A DNA stretch of 54,066 nucleotides, from NCBI GenBank assembly GCA_020726405.1, contig DYSB01000003.1:1-54066 (forward strand). Direction: 5' to 3'. The DNA is from Acetofilamentum sp. (GTDB lineage Bacteria; CAIWAD01). This document shows, piece by piece, positions 29,977 through 38,788 of the stretch (positions are counted from its first letter, which is position 1; each line of letters starts with the position of its first letter). The position numbers and the translations under genes are program-made. The notes below the pieces were generated by a model. That model saw only the letters and a list, made by a program, of their open reading frames with translations, was not told where the DNA came from and made no database searches.

Positions 29977-30407
29977 ATGGAGAGCCTGGATTTCCGCTCG
30001 GACACGCTGACCCGCCCGGACGAGGGCATGCGGCGCGCCATGGCCGCGGCCGACGTGGGCGACGACGTCTTCGGCGAGGACCCCACCGTGCGCCGGCTGG
30101 AGGAGCGCGTGGCCGGGCTGTTCGGGCGCGAGGCGGCCCTGCTTACGCCCAGCGGCACCATGTCCAACCTGATCGCCGTGGGCCTGCACTGCGCAGACTG
30201 CTGGACGAATCCGTCGTCGTGCAGGAGCCCGAGAGCAACATGATCCTGCTGCACACCGCCGAGCCCGCGCTGACGAAACACCTGCTGGCAGAGTGGGAGC
30301 GGCGCGGCGTGCGCGCCCTGGCGCTGGGGGAGACGCGCATCCGGCTGGTCACCCATCACGACCTGCCGGCGGACATCGGCACCCAGCTGGAGGCGCGGCT
30401 GGGCTGA
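29977..30407 (+). pseudogene. ltaE: Low-specificity threonine aldolase with large internal deletion and frameshift
   Basis: [28 protein letters not shown] joined near 30192 to the C-terminal ESNMI..IRLVTHHD in another frame; PLP-lysine region absent. Confidence 0.85.
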
Positions 30408-30543
30408 AAATGACGCCCGGCCTGCTTGCCCAGCAGCAGGTTGATCCGGAACAGCTTCTGGCGGATGCGCAGGTCGTCGTAATTCCGACTCATCAAAGGG
30501 AGGTGAGCTTGATCGACCAGAACTCCAGGGCGGCGGAGTAATG

Positions 30544-30563
30544 AAAAGGGGGCCGCAGCCCCC
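30544..30563 (-). terminator. Intrinsic terminator of ilvE
   Basis: GGGGGC-TGCG-GCCCCC hairpin + TTTT on the minus strand. Confidence 0.75.
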
Positions 30564-30586
30564 GGTCGATTCACGCTGAAACGCGC

Positions 30587-31657
30587 TCAGCAGACCTCGA
30601 CGATCCAGCCGAAGGGATCCGCCAGCTCGCCGTAGTGGATGCCTGTGATGGTGTCGTAGAGCTTCTGGGCCATGGGGCCGATCTGCTTGCCGTTGATCTG
30701 GATCGTCTCGTTGTTGTACTGGATCTCCCCGACCGGGCTGATCACGGCGGCCGTGCCCGTGCCGAAGACTTCCTCCAACTCACCGGAGTGGGCGGCCTCG
30801 TAGAGCTGCTGGATGCTCACCCGCTGCTCGTGGACGGGCGTGCCCCAGGAGCGGCAGAGTTCGATCACGCTCATGCGCGTGATGCCCGAGAGGATGGTGT
30901 CGCCGTCCAGCGGCGGGGTGAAAAGTTCGCCGTTGATCTTGAAGAAGATGTTCATGGTGCCCACTTCTTCGATGTACTTGTGCTCCGTGGCGTCCAGCCA
31001 GAGCACCTGGGTGAAGCCCTTCTCCTTGGCGCGCTTGGCCGGCAGCAGGCTGGCGGCGTAGTTGGCCGGGGTCTTGGCCATGCCCAGGCCGCCCTTGGCG
31101 GCGCGGCTGTGGTGCTGGGCCACGTGCAGGCTGACGGGCTTCATGCCTTCGGCATAGTAGTTGGCCACCGGGCTGAGCAGCACGATCAGGCGGAAAGTCT
31201 GGCTGGACTGTACGCCCAGGGTGTTGTCCATGGCGATGACGAAGGGCCGGATGTAAAGGCTATGGCCGCGCTGGGCGGGGACGAAGTCGCGCTCCTCGCG
31301 GATCAGCTGGGTCAGGCCGGCCAGCACCACGTCCTCGGCGACTTCCGGGATGCAGAGGGCGCGGCAGGAGCGGTTCAGGCGGGAGGCGTGGCGATCCGGC
31401 CGGAAGAGCACGATCCGTCCGTTGACCTGCCGGAAGGCCTTCAGGCCCTCGAACACGGCCTGGCCGTAGTGGAAGGTCATGTTGGCCGGCGAAATGGCCA
31501 TCGGCTCGTTGGGCTCGATGCGCGGGCTGTGCCAGGCGCCGTTGCTGTAATCCATCACGAACATGTGGTCCGTGAAGTAGACCCCGAAACGCAGGTTGCT
31601 GAAGTCGATGCTGTCTTTGCGGCTGGTGGTGATCCGGGTGACGGGAAATGCTCCCAT
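30587..31657 (-). CDS. ilvE: Branched-chain amino acid aminotransferase
   Basis: HYGQAVFEGLKA, LYIRP, AKTPANYAAS, EEVGTMN, ILSGITR, EVFGTGTAAVISPV. Confidence 0.95.
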   Translation of the reverse strand: MGAFPVTRITTSRKDSIDFSNLRFGVYFTDHMFVMDYSNGAWHSPRIEPNEPMAISPANMTFHYGQAVFEGLKAFRQVNGRIVLFRPDRHASRLNRSCRALCIPEVAEDVVLAGLTQLIREERDFVPAQRGHSLYIRPFVIAMDNTLGVQSSQTFRLIVLLSPVANYYAEGMKPVSLHVAQHHSRAAKGGLGMAKTPANYAASLLPAKRAKEKGFTQVLWLDATEHKYIEEVGTMNIFFKINGELFTPPLDGDTILSGITRMSVIELCRSWGTPVHEQRVSIQQLYEAAHSGELEEVFGTGTAAVISPVGEIQYNNETIQINGKQIGPMAQKLYDTITGIHYGELADPFGWIVEVC

Positions 31658-31834
31658 GCGGTCCTCCTTTATCCTGAAGTCTGCCGGGTTGGCAGCCCGC
31701 GGCCCCGCTTCGGGACTCCTGCGGCGAGCGGCAATGTGTTAAAAAAACCGGCGGCCCACCCGGCGGCCCACCCGGGGGCGGACGGTGCGGGGGAGAATTC
31801 CCGCCTGCCGTCGGTCGGTGGGTCAAATTGGTTT

Positions 31835-31859
31835 GATCAGATTGAGGGACAATCTGATC
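31835..31859. promoter_or_regulatory. Perfect 10-bp inverted repeat upstream of ilvE, possible operator
   Basis: GATCAGATTG-N5-CAATCTGATC in an AT-rich patch; no U-tract. Confidence 0.45.
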
Positions 31860-31875
31860 TGCTTGCCGGAGCGGG

Positions 31876-33375
31876 CTACTCCAGGCCGTAGATCTCGCCG
31901 TACTTCTCCCGCACATAGTGGAGGAAGGGCTGGGGCGAGAGTTCGCGCCCGGTGGCCTGGCGCAGGATTTCCGCCGGGTCCTGCGAGCGGCCGTGCCGGT
32001 AGACTTTCTCCGTCAGCCAGTCCTTCAAGGGGGCCAGCTGGCCGGAGGAGATCTGCTCGTCCAGGTCGGGCAGCTCCTGCCGCGCCTGGTTGAAGATCAT
32101 CACGCCGTAGAGGTTGCCCAGGGCGTAGGTGGGGAAGTAGCCGACGGAGGCGTCCGCCCAGTGCATGTCCTGCATGCAGCCTTCGGCCACCGTGGGCGGG
32201 GTGATGCCCAAGGTATCGCGCATCTTCTGGTTCCAGGCCTCGGGCAGGTCGCGGACAGCCAGCCGGCCGGAGAGCAGCTCCAGCTCCAACTCGAAGCGCA
32301 CGAAAATGTGCAGGCTGTACGTGACCTCGTCGGCCTCGATGCGGATCAGGCTGGGCTTGACCCGGTTGATGGCCTCGTGGAAGCGCTGGAACTCCACGCC
32401 CTCAAGCGGGGCCGGGAAGCGGTGCTTGACCTCGCCGAACCAGCGATTCCAGAAGGGCCGGGAGCGGCCCACCAGGTTCTCCCACAGGCGGCTCTGGCTC
32501 TCGTGGATGCCCAGGCTGCTGCCCTGGGCCAGCGGTCCGCGGTCGAAGGCGGGGTTGATGTTCTGCTCGTAGAGGGCGTGTCCGCCCTCGTGCAGGCTGC
32601 CGAACAGGCCGGCGCGGAAGTCGCGCTCGTGGATGCGCGTGGTCACCCGCACGTCGGGGATGCCGAAGCCCGTGGTGAAGGGATGCGGGCTCTTGTCCTG
32701 GCGGCCCTGGTTGAAGTCGTAGCCCAGGGCGCCGAGGAGCTCGACGGTGAAGTCCCACTGGGCCTGGGGATCGAAGGCCTGGTAGAGGAAGGCGTCGTCC
32801 ACGCGCTCGGCGCGTTCGAAGAGCTGGCGCGCCAGCGGCACCAGTCCCGCGCCCAGCTCGGCGAAAATGGCCTGCAGGCGGCTGGTGAGCAGGCCGGGCT
32901 CGTAGCGGTTGAGCAGGGCGTCGTAGGGCTGCTCGGGGTAGCCCAGGGCGTCGGCCTCCTCGCGCACGATGGTGAAGATCTCCTCCAGGTGCGGCCGGTA
33001 AGCCTCGAAATTGTTGAGGGGTTTGTTGATCATCCAGCTGTCCAGGGCGCGTCCGGTGGCTTCGGACTTGCGCTGGACCAGCTCGCCGGGCAGGCGCACG
33101 GCCTGGTCCAGGTCGCGCCGGGTCACCACCACCAACCGGGCGTCCAGGGGCTCCAACTCGCCCAGCCGGGCCTCCAGGGCGCTCACCAGTTCCGAGGTCT
33201 CCGGCGCGGCCAGCAACTCGTGGGAGAGGCGCTGGAGCGTGGCCATCTGGCGCACGCGGGGCTCCAGTCCGCCCCGGGGCATGTAGGTGTGCTGATCCCA
33301 GCCCAGCAGGGCCTGCGCGGAATCCAAATCGTTGATGGTGGCCAGCCGGGCCTTGAGGCGGTTGAGCGTGTCCAT
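31876..33375 (-). CDS. Carboxypeptidase Taq (M32 family)
   Basis: HPF, DVRVTTR, HEGGHALYEQ, HESQSRLWEN, IRIEADE, QDMHW, GYFPTY. Confidence 0.95.
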   Translation of the reverse strand: MDTLNRLKARLATINDLDSAQALLGWDQHTYMPRGGLEPRVRQMATLQRLSHELLAAPETSELVSALEARLGELEPLDARLVVVTRRDLDQAVRLPGELVQRKSEATGRALDSWMINKPLNNFEAYRPHLEEIFTIVREEADALGYPEQPYDALLNRYEPGLLTSRLQAIFAELGAGLVPLARQLFERAERVDDAFLYQAFDPQAQWDFTVELLGALGYDFNQGRQDKSPHPFTTGFGIPDVRVTTRIHERDFRAGLFGSLHEGGHALYEQNINPAFDRGPLAQGSSLGIHESQSRLWENLVGRSRPFWNRWFGEVKHRFPAPLEGVEFQRFHEAINRVKPSLIRIEADEVTYSLHIFVRFELELELLSGRLAVRDLPEAWNQKMRDTLGITPPTVAEGCMQDMHWADASVGYFPTYALGNLYGVMIFNQARQELPDLDEQISSGQLAPLKDWLTEKVYRHGRSQDPAEILRQATGRELSPQPFLHYVREKYGEIYGLE

Positions 33376-33447
33376 GGGGAACCTCGTTGTGTTGCCGGGC
33401 GGCAAGGTAAGGATCGGAACGGCTGGGGGACTCGCGGTTCAGGGTTT

Positions 33448-33474
33448 TCAACACAGAGACACGGAGGCACAGAG
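33448..33474. repeat. Single arm of the CACAGAG-family repeat
   Basis: TCAACACAGAGACACGGAGGCACAGAG, nearly identical to 6538-6564. Confidence 0.7.
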
Positions 33475-33617
33475 GTGGAAGACGGAGGAGAGTTGTGTCA
33501 CGGATGGACCTACATCCCGACCCTGGTCCAGTTTGGTGATGGGTACTGCCGGAGTGGCCGTTCTGGGGAGGTGACGCCGGTTTTGCCTCATTGTCTCCAG
33601 CAACGAAGGAGACGGAA

Positions 33618-34385
33618 ATGACGATGGCCCTGGTCACCGGCGCCTCAGCCGGCATCGGACGCGAGATCTGCCGAGTGCTGGCCGAACAAGGCCTGGACAT
33701 CGTGGCTGTGGCTCGGCGCACGGAACGGCTGGAGAGTCTGGGAGGAGAGATCCGCGCCCTGGGACGGCGCTTCCTGCCGCTGGCCCTGGATCTGACCGAC
33801 CGCGCGGCCCTGGCCGCCTTGCCGGACCGGCTGCCGGCGGAATGGGCCGAGGTGGACCTGCTGGTGAACAATGCCGGGCTGGCCCTGGGCGTGGATCCGC
33901 TCCAGGCCGGGAATCCGGCCGAGTGGGACCAGGTGCTGGACACCAACGTGCGCGCCTTGCTGACGCTGATCCGCCACTTCGTGCCCGGCATGGTGGCTCG
34001 CGGGCGCGGGCAGGTGATCAGCCTGGGCAGCGTGGCCGGCCGCCAGCCCTATCCCGGCGGCGCCGTCTACTGCGCCAGCAAGGCTGCCGAGCTGGCCCTC
34101 AGCCGCGCCTTGGCGATGGATCTGGTGAACACGCCCGTGCGGGTCTGCAGCGTCGATCCCGGGCTGGTGCAGACGGAATTCTCCGTGGTGCGCTTCCACG
34201 GCGACGCGGACCGCGCGGCCCAGGTCTACCAGGACATCCAGCCACTGACGCCCCGCGACGTGGCCGAGGCCGTGGGCTGGGTGGCCAGCCGGCCCGCGCA
34301 CGTGCAGGTCAGCGAGCTGGTGCTGCTGCCCACCTGCCAGGCCAGCGCGTATCACGTCCACCGCGGCCCCTTCCCCGGCGCGTGA
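33618..34385 (+). CDS. SDR oxidoreductase, YdfG-like NADP-dependent 3-hydroxy acid dehydrogenase
   Basis: TGASAGIG, NNAGLALG, YCASK, TEFSVVRFHGD. Confidence 0.9.
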   Translation: MTMALVTGASAGIGREICRVLAEQGLDIVAVARRTERLESLGGEIRALGRRFLPLALDLTDRAALAALPDRLPAEWAEVDLLVNNAGLALGVDPLQAGNPAEWDQVLDTNVRALLTLIRHFVPGMVARGRGQVISLGSVAGRQPYPGGAVYCASKAAELALSRALAMDLVNTPVRVCSVDPGLVQTEFSVVRFHGDADRAAQVYQDIQPLTPRDVAEAVGWVASRPAHVQVSELVLLPTCQASAYHVHRGPFPGA

Positions 34386-35611
34386 GAGCGCCGCGAACTC
34401 AGCCCTCCGACGCCCGGTCCGAGCGGCGCCCGGCCCCGGCCCCCGCACCAGGCCGCGAGCAGAAGCTGGCGGCCTGGCTGCGCGAGTTGGCGCAGTCCGT
34501 CGAGCGCGGCCAGCGCCCCGACCTGGAACTCTCCCGCCTGCTCCGGCGCGACCAGCCCGAGCCGGCCCTGCGCCGCCGGCTGGTGGCGGCCTCGGCGGCC
34601 TGGTTCCGCTGGTCGTCCTGGTTGGGAGCAGCGGCGGATCCCCTGCGCGACCTGGCGCGCGCCACGCGGTTGGAGGAGCTGGCGGGCGGGGAGGACGGGC
34701 CGGATGCCGCGCTGCGGGAATTGGCGGAGACCGCGAACGGAGCGCTGAGCGCGGCCGCCCACCTGCCCGAGTGGCTGCGTGCGGGTCTGCCCGCCGGGCT
34801 GGACGTCGAGGGATTGGCGCGGGCCTTCCTGCGTCCGCCCTCGCTCTGGCTGCGGGCCTACTCCGAAGAACAGTTGCGTGAAGGCCTGGGCGAACTGGCC
34901 ACCGGGTTGGAGGCGCATGCCCGGCTGGCCGGCGCTTGGCGGCTGCGAACGCGCGAGGACCTCTACGGCACGCCGGGCTTTCGGCTGGGTCATTTCGTGT
35001 TACAAGACCCGGCCAGTCAGGCCATCGGCGCCGTCTGCCAGGCGCAACCTGGCGATCACTGGCTGGACCTCTGCGCCGGAGCGGGCGGCAAGAGCCTGCA
35101 GCTGGCGGCCGCCATGGCCGGCAAGGGGCTGGTGCACGCCTTTGACATCCACCTGGGTCGGCTGGAGGAACTGAAGCGCCGCGCCCGCCGCCAGGGCGTC
35201 TTCAATCTGCAGACCCGCGCCTGGGACGGCCGCATCCTGCCCGCGCTGCCCCGGCTGGACGGCGTGCTGGTGGACGCGCCCTGCACCAACAGCGGCACGT
35301 TGCGCCGCAATCCCGACCTCTGGCGGCGGCGGGCGCCGGACCTGGCCGGACTGGCTGACCTGCAGGACAGTCTGTTGGACCAGGGCGCGCGCCAGCTGCG
35401 CCCCGGTGGCCGGCTGGTCTACGCTACTTGCAGCGTCCTGGAAGTGGAGAACGAGGCGCGGGTGGCGGCCTTTCTCGCGCGGCAGCCCGGCTTCCGCCTG
35501 CTGGACTTCGAGAATCCGCTGGACGGCCGCCCGGCGCCGGGCCAGCTGCGGGTCAGCCCGCTGGACGGCGACCAGGACGGCACCTTCATGGCCATCTTCC
35601 GCAAGGAGTGA
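34382..35611 (+). CDS. RsmB/NOP family RNA m5C methyltransferase
   Basis: QDPASQ, DLCAGAGGKS, DAPCTNSGTLRRNPD, YATCS..ENE; GTGA overlap. Confidence 0.88.
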   Translation: MRAPRTQPSDARSERRPAPAPAPGREQKLAAWLRELAQSVERGQRPDLELSRLLRRDQPEPALRRRLVAASAAWFRWSSWLGAAADPLRDLARATRLEELAGGEDGPDAALRELAETANGALSAAAHLPEWLRAGLPAGLDVEGLARAFLRPPSLWLRAYSEEQLREGLGELATGLEAHARLAGAWRLRTREDLYGTPGFRLGHFVLQDPASQAIGAVCQAQPGDHWLDLCAGAGGKSLQLAAAMAGKGLVHAFDIHLGRLEELKRRARRQGVFNLQTRAWDGRILPALPRLDGVLVDAPCTNSGTLRRNPDLWRRRAPDLAGLADLQDSLLDQGARQLRPGGRLVYATCSVLEVENEARVAAFLARQPGFRLLDFENPLDGRPAPGQLRVSPLDGDQDGTFMAIFRKE

Positions 35612-35622
35612 CGCGCGGTGGG

Positions 35623-36378
35623 CTACCCCTCTGCCAGGGTGCTGCCGCCCTCGTCCCGCAGCCGGAAGTAGAGCAGCGTGCCCAGGATGCCTTGGAAGGG
35701 TCCCAGCAATCCCATTCCCAGCAGGTAGGGCACCCACTGCACCCAACCCGGCTCCTGCTGGGTCAGCAGGCTGCGCAGGGTGGGCAGCGCCAGCAAAACC
35801 TGGAGCAGCGCCAACATGAGGAGCAGCAGGGCCACGGCCAGCGGGCGGCGTCGCACCAGCCGGGCGCTGGCCCCCAGGCTGCGGAGTGGATCGCGTCCCT
35901 CCAGCAGCAGGACCTGGGCCGCGACGGCGTAGAAGAGCGAGGCCGCCAGGACCAGCAGCACGCCCGGGACGGCCAGCAGGGGAATGGCCTGGGCCCAGCC
36001 CCGGGCTGTCAGCCAGGGCGCCGCGCCGCTCACCAGCAGCCAGCTGGAAACGCCCAGCAGGGGCACGATCAGGGCCAGGGTGGCCAGCCCGAAGGCCCGG
36101 CGCACGCCCTGGAACCCGCCCAGGAAGTCCTCGCGTGTGGGCCGCTCGTGGAGCAGGACGCTGCGCGTGGCCAGGATCAGGCCGCCGGCCAGCGGGCCCT
36201 CCACGGCCAGTGTGAGCACCAGCCCCACCAGGGGCAGCTGGCCCACCGTGAGGCCGGCCAGCAGCATGAACAGGCCGTAAAGCAGGAAGGCCGGGGACTC
36301 CAGGCTCCAGGTCTCCATGGCCTGGCGCAGCAGTGGTCGCAGCAGGGCCGGACGGCGGGCGAAGGAGCTTTTCATCAA
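35623..36378 (-). CDS. Hypothetical integral membrane protein
   Basis: About 5-6 hydrophobic segments; GC-rich codon usage. Confidence 0.65.
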   Translation of the reverse strand: MMKSSFARRPALLRPLLRQAMETWSLESPAFLLYGLFMLLAGLTVGQLPLVGLVLTLAVEGPLAGGLILATRSVLLHERPTREDFLGGFQGVRRAFGLATLALIVPLLGVSSWLLVSGAAPWLTARGWAQAIPLLAVPGVLLVLAASLFYAVAAQVLLLEGRDPLRSLGASARLVRRRPLAVALLLLMLALLQVLLALPTLRSLLTQQEPGWVQWVPYLLGMGLLGPFQGILGTLLYFRLRDEGGSTLAEG

Positions 36379-36461
36379 TCATTTCCCCGTCTGTTGGTCG
36401 GCGGAGCGGATTCCCGCACGCCCTCTCCCTATATTAGCGCGTTCTATTGTGAACTGGGCAC

Positions 36462-37175
36462 GTGCGCACAGATGCCGAACATGTCGCCGCCCGGCTGGCG
36501 GCCATCCAAGCCCGCATCGGAGCCGCCCGGCTGGAGGCGGAGCCCTCCGTGCGGGCCGACCGGGTTCGGGTGGTGGCGGTGACCAAGTATCTGGAAACCG
36601 AGCAGATGCTGGAGCTGCGGGCCGCCGGGCTGGAGCTGTTCGGCGAGAACCGCGCCCAGGCCGCGCTGGCCAAACTGGAGGCCTTCGCCACTCAGCCCCC
36701 GGAGCGGCAGCCGTTGGAGTGGCACTTCATCGGCACGCTGCAGGGCAACAAGGTGCGGCAGGTGGTGGGGCGCTTCCAGCTGATCCACAGCGTGGACCGG
36801 CTGGAACTGGCCGAGGAGCTCTCCCGGGAGGCCGGGAATCGCGGCTTGGTTCAGCCCGTGCTGCTGCAGGTGAATGTCTCCGGCGAGGCCAGCAAGCACG
36901 GCTTCACGGAGGACGGGTTGACGGAACTCTGGCCGCGGCTGCGCCGCCTGGAGGGCCTGCGCCTGGACGGGCTGATGGGCATGGCCGCGGCGGAGGGCGA
37001 CGCGGGCGCGGAGTTCCGCCGCCTGCGCCAGCTGCGGGACCGGCTGGATCCGGAGCGCGGGCAGTTGCGCGAACTTTCGATGGGCATGAGTGGGGACTTC
37101 GGGGAGGCGGTCCACGAGGGCGCTTCCCTGGTGCGCATCGGTACGTATCTCTTCAGCGAGGAAGCGGGGACCTGA
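36462..37175 (+). CDS. yggS: PLP homeostasis protein (YggS/PLPBP)
   Basis: VAVTK, FGENRAQ, WHFIGTLQGNK, LSMGMSGDF, VRIGT. Confidence 0.95.
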   Translation: MRTDAEHVAARLAAIQARIGAARLEAEPSVRADRVRVVAVTKYLETEQMLELRAAGLELFGENRAQAALAKLEAFATQPPERQPLEWHFIGTLQGNKVRQVVGRFQLIHSVDRLELAEELSREAGNRGLVQPVLLQVNVSGEASKHGFTEDGLTELWPRLRRLEGLRLDGLMGMAAAEGDAGAEFRRLRQLRDRLDPERGQLRELSMGMSGDFGEAVHEGASLVRIGTYLFSEEAGT

Positions 37176-37417
37176 TGGACGAGCTGATCACCCTGGCGGC
37201 GCAGATCTACATCCTGATCATCATCGCGGCGGCCATCGTCAGTTGGATCGAGGTGGACCGGCAGCATCCGCTGGTCAAGTTCCTCCACAAGGCCACCGAG
37301 CCCGTGTTCCGGCCCATCCGCGAACTGGTGCCGCCCATCAACGGGCTGGACCTCTCGCCCTTGTTCGCCCTGCTGCTGGTCAAGCTGGCGGAGAAACTGC
37401 TGAACTTGCTGCTCTAG
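37175..37417 (+). CDS. yggT: YggT family membrane protein
   Basis: SWI...TEPVFRPIR..PPINGLDLSP. Confidence 0.9.
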   Translation: MDELITLAAQIYILIIIAAAIVSWIEVDRQHPLVKFLHKATEPVFRPIRELVPPINGLDLSPLFALLLVKLAEKLLNLLL

Positions 37418-37429
37418 GAACCGGGACCC

Positions 37430-37942
37430 ATGAAGTACACGTCGAACGACATTCGCGGGGCGACCTTCAGCCGCCGGCTGCGGGGCGCGGACGAGTCCGA
37501 GCTGCGGGCCTTTTTGGACGGCGTGGCCGGCCAGCTGGAGCAGCTGGAGCGCGAGTTCTCCGCCTCCCAGGCCCGCTGCGCCCAGCTGGAGCGCGAGCTG
37601 GAGCGCTACCGCAGCCTGGACCAGGGGCTGCGTGACACACTGCTTGAAGTGAAGACTACCAGCGAAGGCGCCCGGGAGGCGGCCCGCAAGGAGGCCGAGC
37701 TGATCGTGCGCGAGGCCGAGTTCAAGGCCGGCCAATTGTTGGCCGGCGGCCGCGAGGAGCAGCGCCGCCTGCGCTCCGATCTGGAGACGCTGCGCGAGCG
37801 CCGGGACAGTTTCACGCGGCGGATCCGCCACCTGCTGGAGCAGCAGCTGGAACTGGTGGACTTGTTGTCGCAGAGCGAACCGTCGGCGGATGCGCCGGCC
37901 GACCAGGAGGAACACCGTGCCGGACCCCCGTCCGACCATTGA
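37430..37942 (+). CDS. divIVA: DivIVA domain protein
   Basis: TSNDIRGATFSRRLRG..E..AFLD N-terminus, coiled coil, AELIVREAE. Confidence 0.85.
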   Translation: MKYTSNDIRGATFSRRLRGADESELRAFLDGVAGQLEQLEREFSASQARCAQLERELERYRSLDQGLRDTLLEVKTTSEGAREAARKEAELIVREAEFKAGQLLAGGREEQRRLRSDLETLRERRDSFTRRIRHLLEQQLELVDLLSQSEPSADAPADQEEHRAGPPSDH

Positions 37943-38774
37943 GCAGATGCGCGAATGCGCAGACTACCTGAAGTCTTGGTTGGGCGCCCACGCGCCGCGG
38001 ACGCTGGTGATCCTGGGCACGGGCCTGGGCGCCCTGGCCCGCGAGGCGGAGATCCTGGCCCGGCTGGACTACGAGGAGATCCCCCACTTCCCCGTCAGCA
38101 CGGTGGAGAGCCACCACGGCCGGCTGCTGCTGGCGCGCCTGGCGCCGGACACGGCGCCCGTGCTGGTGATGCAGGGGCGCTTCCACTACTACGAAGGGTG
38201 GAGCATGCAGCAGATCACCTTTCCCGTGCGGGTCTGCGGCCTGCTGGGAGTGGACCTGCTGGTGATCTCCAACGCCTGCGGCTGCGTGAATCCGCAGTTC
38301 CGCAAGGGCCGGTTGATGGTGATGGAGGATCACATCAACCTGTTGGGCGACAATCCGCTCATCGGCGCCAACCTGGATGAGCTGGGTCCGCGCTTCCCCG
38401 ACATGAGTGCGCCCTATGATCGGGAGCTGATTGCCCTGACCGAGGAACTGGCCCTGGATGCGCGCATTCCCCTGCACAAGGGCGTCTACGTCGCCGTGGC
38501 CGGACCCAACCTGGAGACCCGCGCCGAATACCGCTTCCTGCGCGCCGTGGGCGCCGACGTGGTGGGCATGAGCACGGTGCCCGAGGTGATCGTCGCGCGG
38601 CACCAGGGCATGCGCGTGCTGGGCTTTTCCATCATCACGGACGAGGGCTTCCCCGAGGCCCTGCAGCCCGTGCGGCTGGACGAGATCCTGGCGGCCGCCG
38701 CCCTGGTGGAGCCGCAGCTGACCATCTTGGTACGCGCCGTCCTGCGCCGCCTGGCCCCTTCCCCCGCCGCCTGA
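37917..38774 (+). CDS. punA: Purine nucleoside phosphorylase (trimeric type)
   Basis: ILGTGLG, STVESHHG, GRFHYYEG, GPNLETRAE, GMSTVPE; AGGAGG before GTG. Confidence 0.92.
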   Translation: MPDPRPTIEQMRECADYLKSWLGAHAPRTLVILGTGLGALAREAEILARLDYEEIPHFPVSTVESHHGRLLLARLAPDTAPVLVMQGRFHYYEGWSMQQITFPVRVCGLLGVDLLVISNACGCVNPQFRKGRLMVMEDHINLLGDNPLIGANLDELGPRFPDMSAPYDRELIALTEELALDARIPLHKGVYVAVAGPNLETRAEYRFLRAVGADVVGMSTVPEVIVARHQGMRVLGFSIITDEGFPEALQPVRLDEILAAAALVEPQLTILVRAVLRRLAPSPAA

Positions 38775-38788
38775 AGCCTGGAGTCCCC

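Noticed and set aside
33842-34381. Long N-terminal extensions in the ORF track (RsmB 33842, HAD 6667, yggT 36317, rluD 42399, ltaE 29572)
   Set aside because: They overlap upstream genes; coupled or RBS-supported starts lie downstream.
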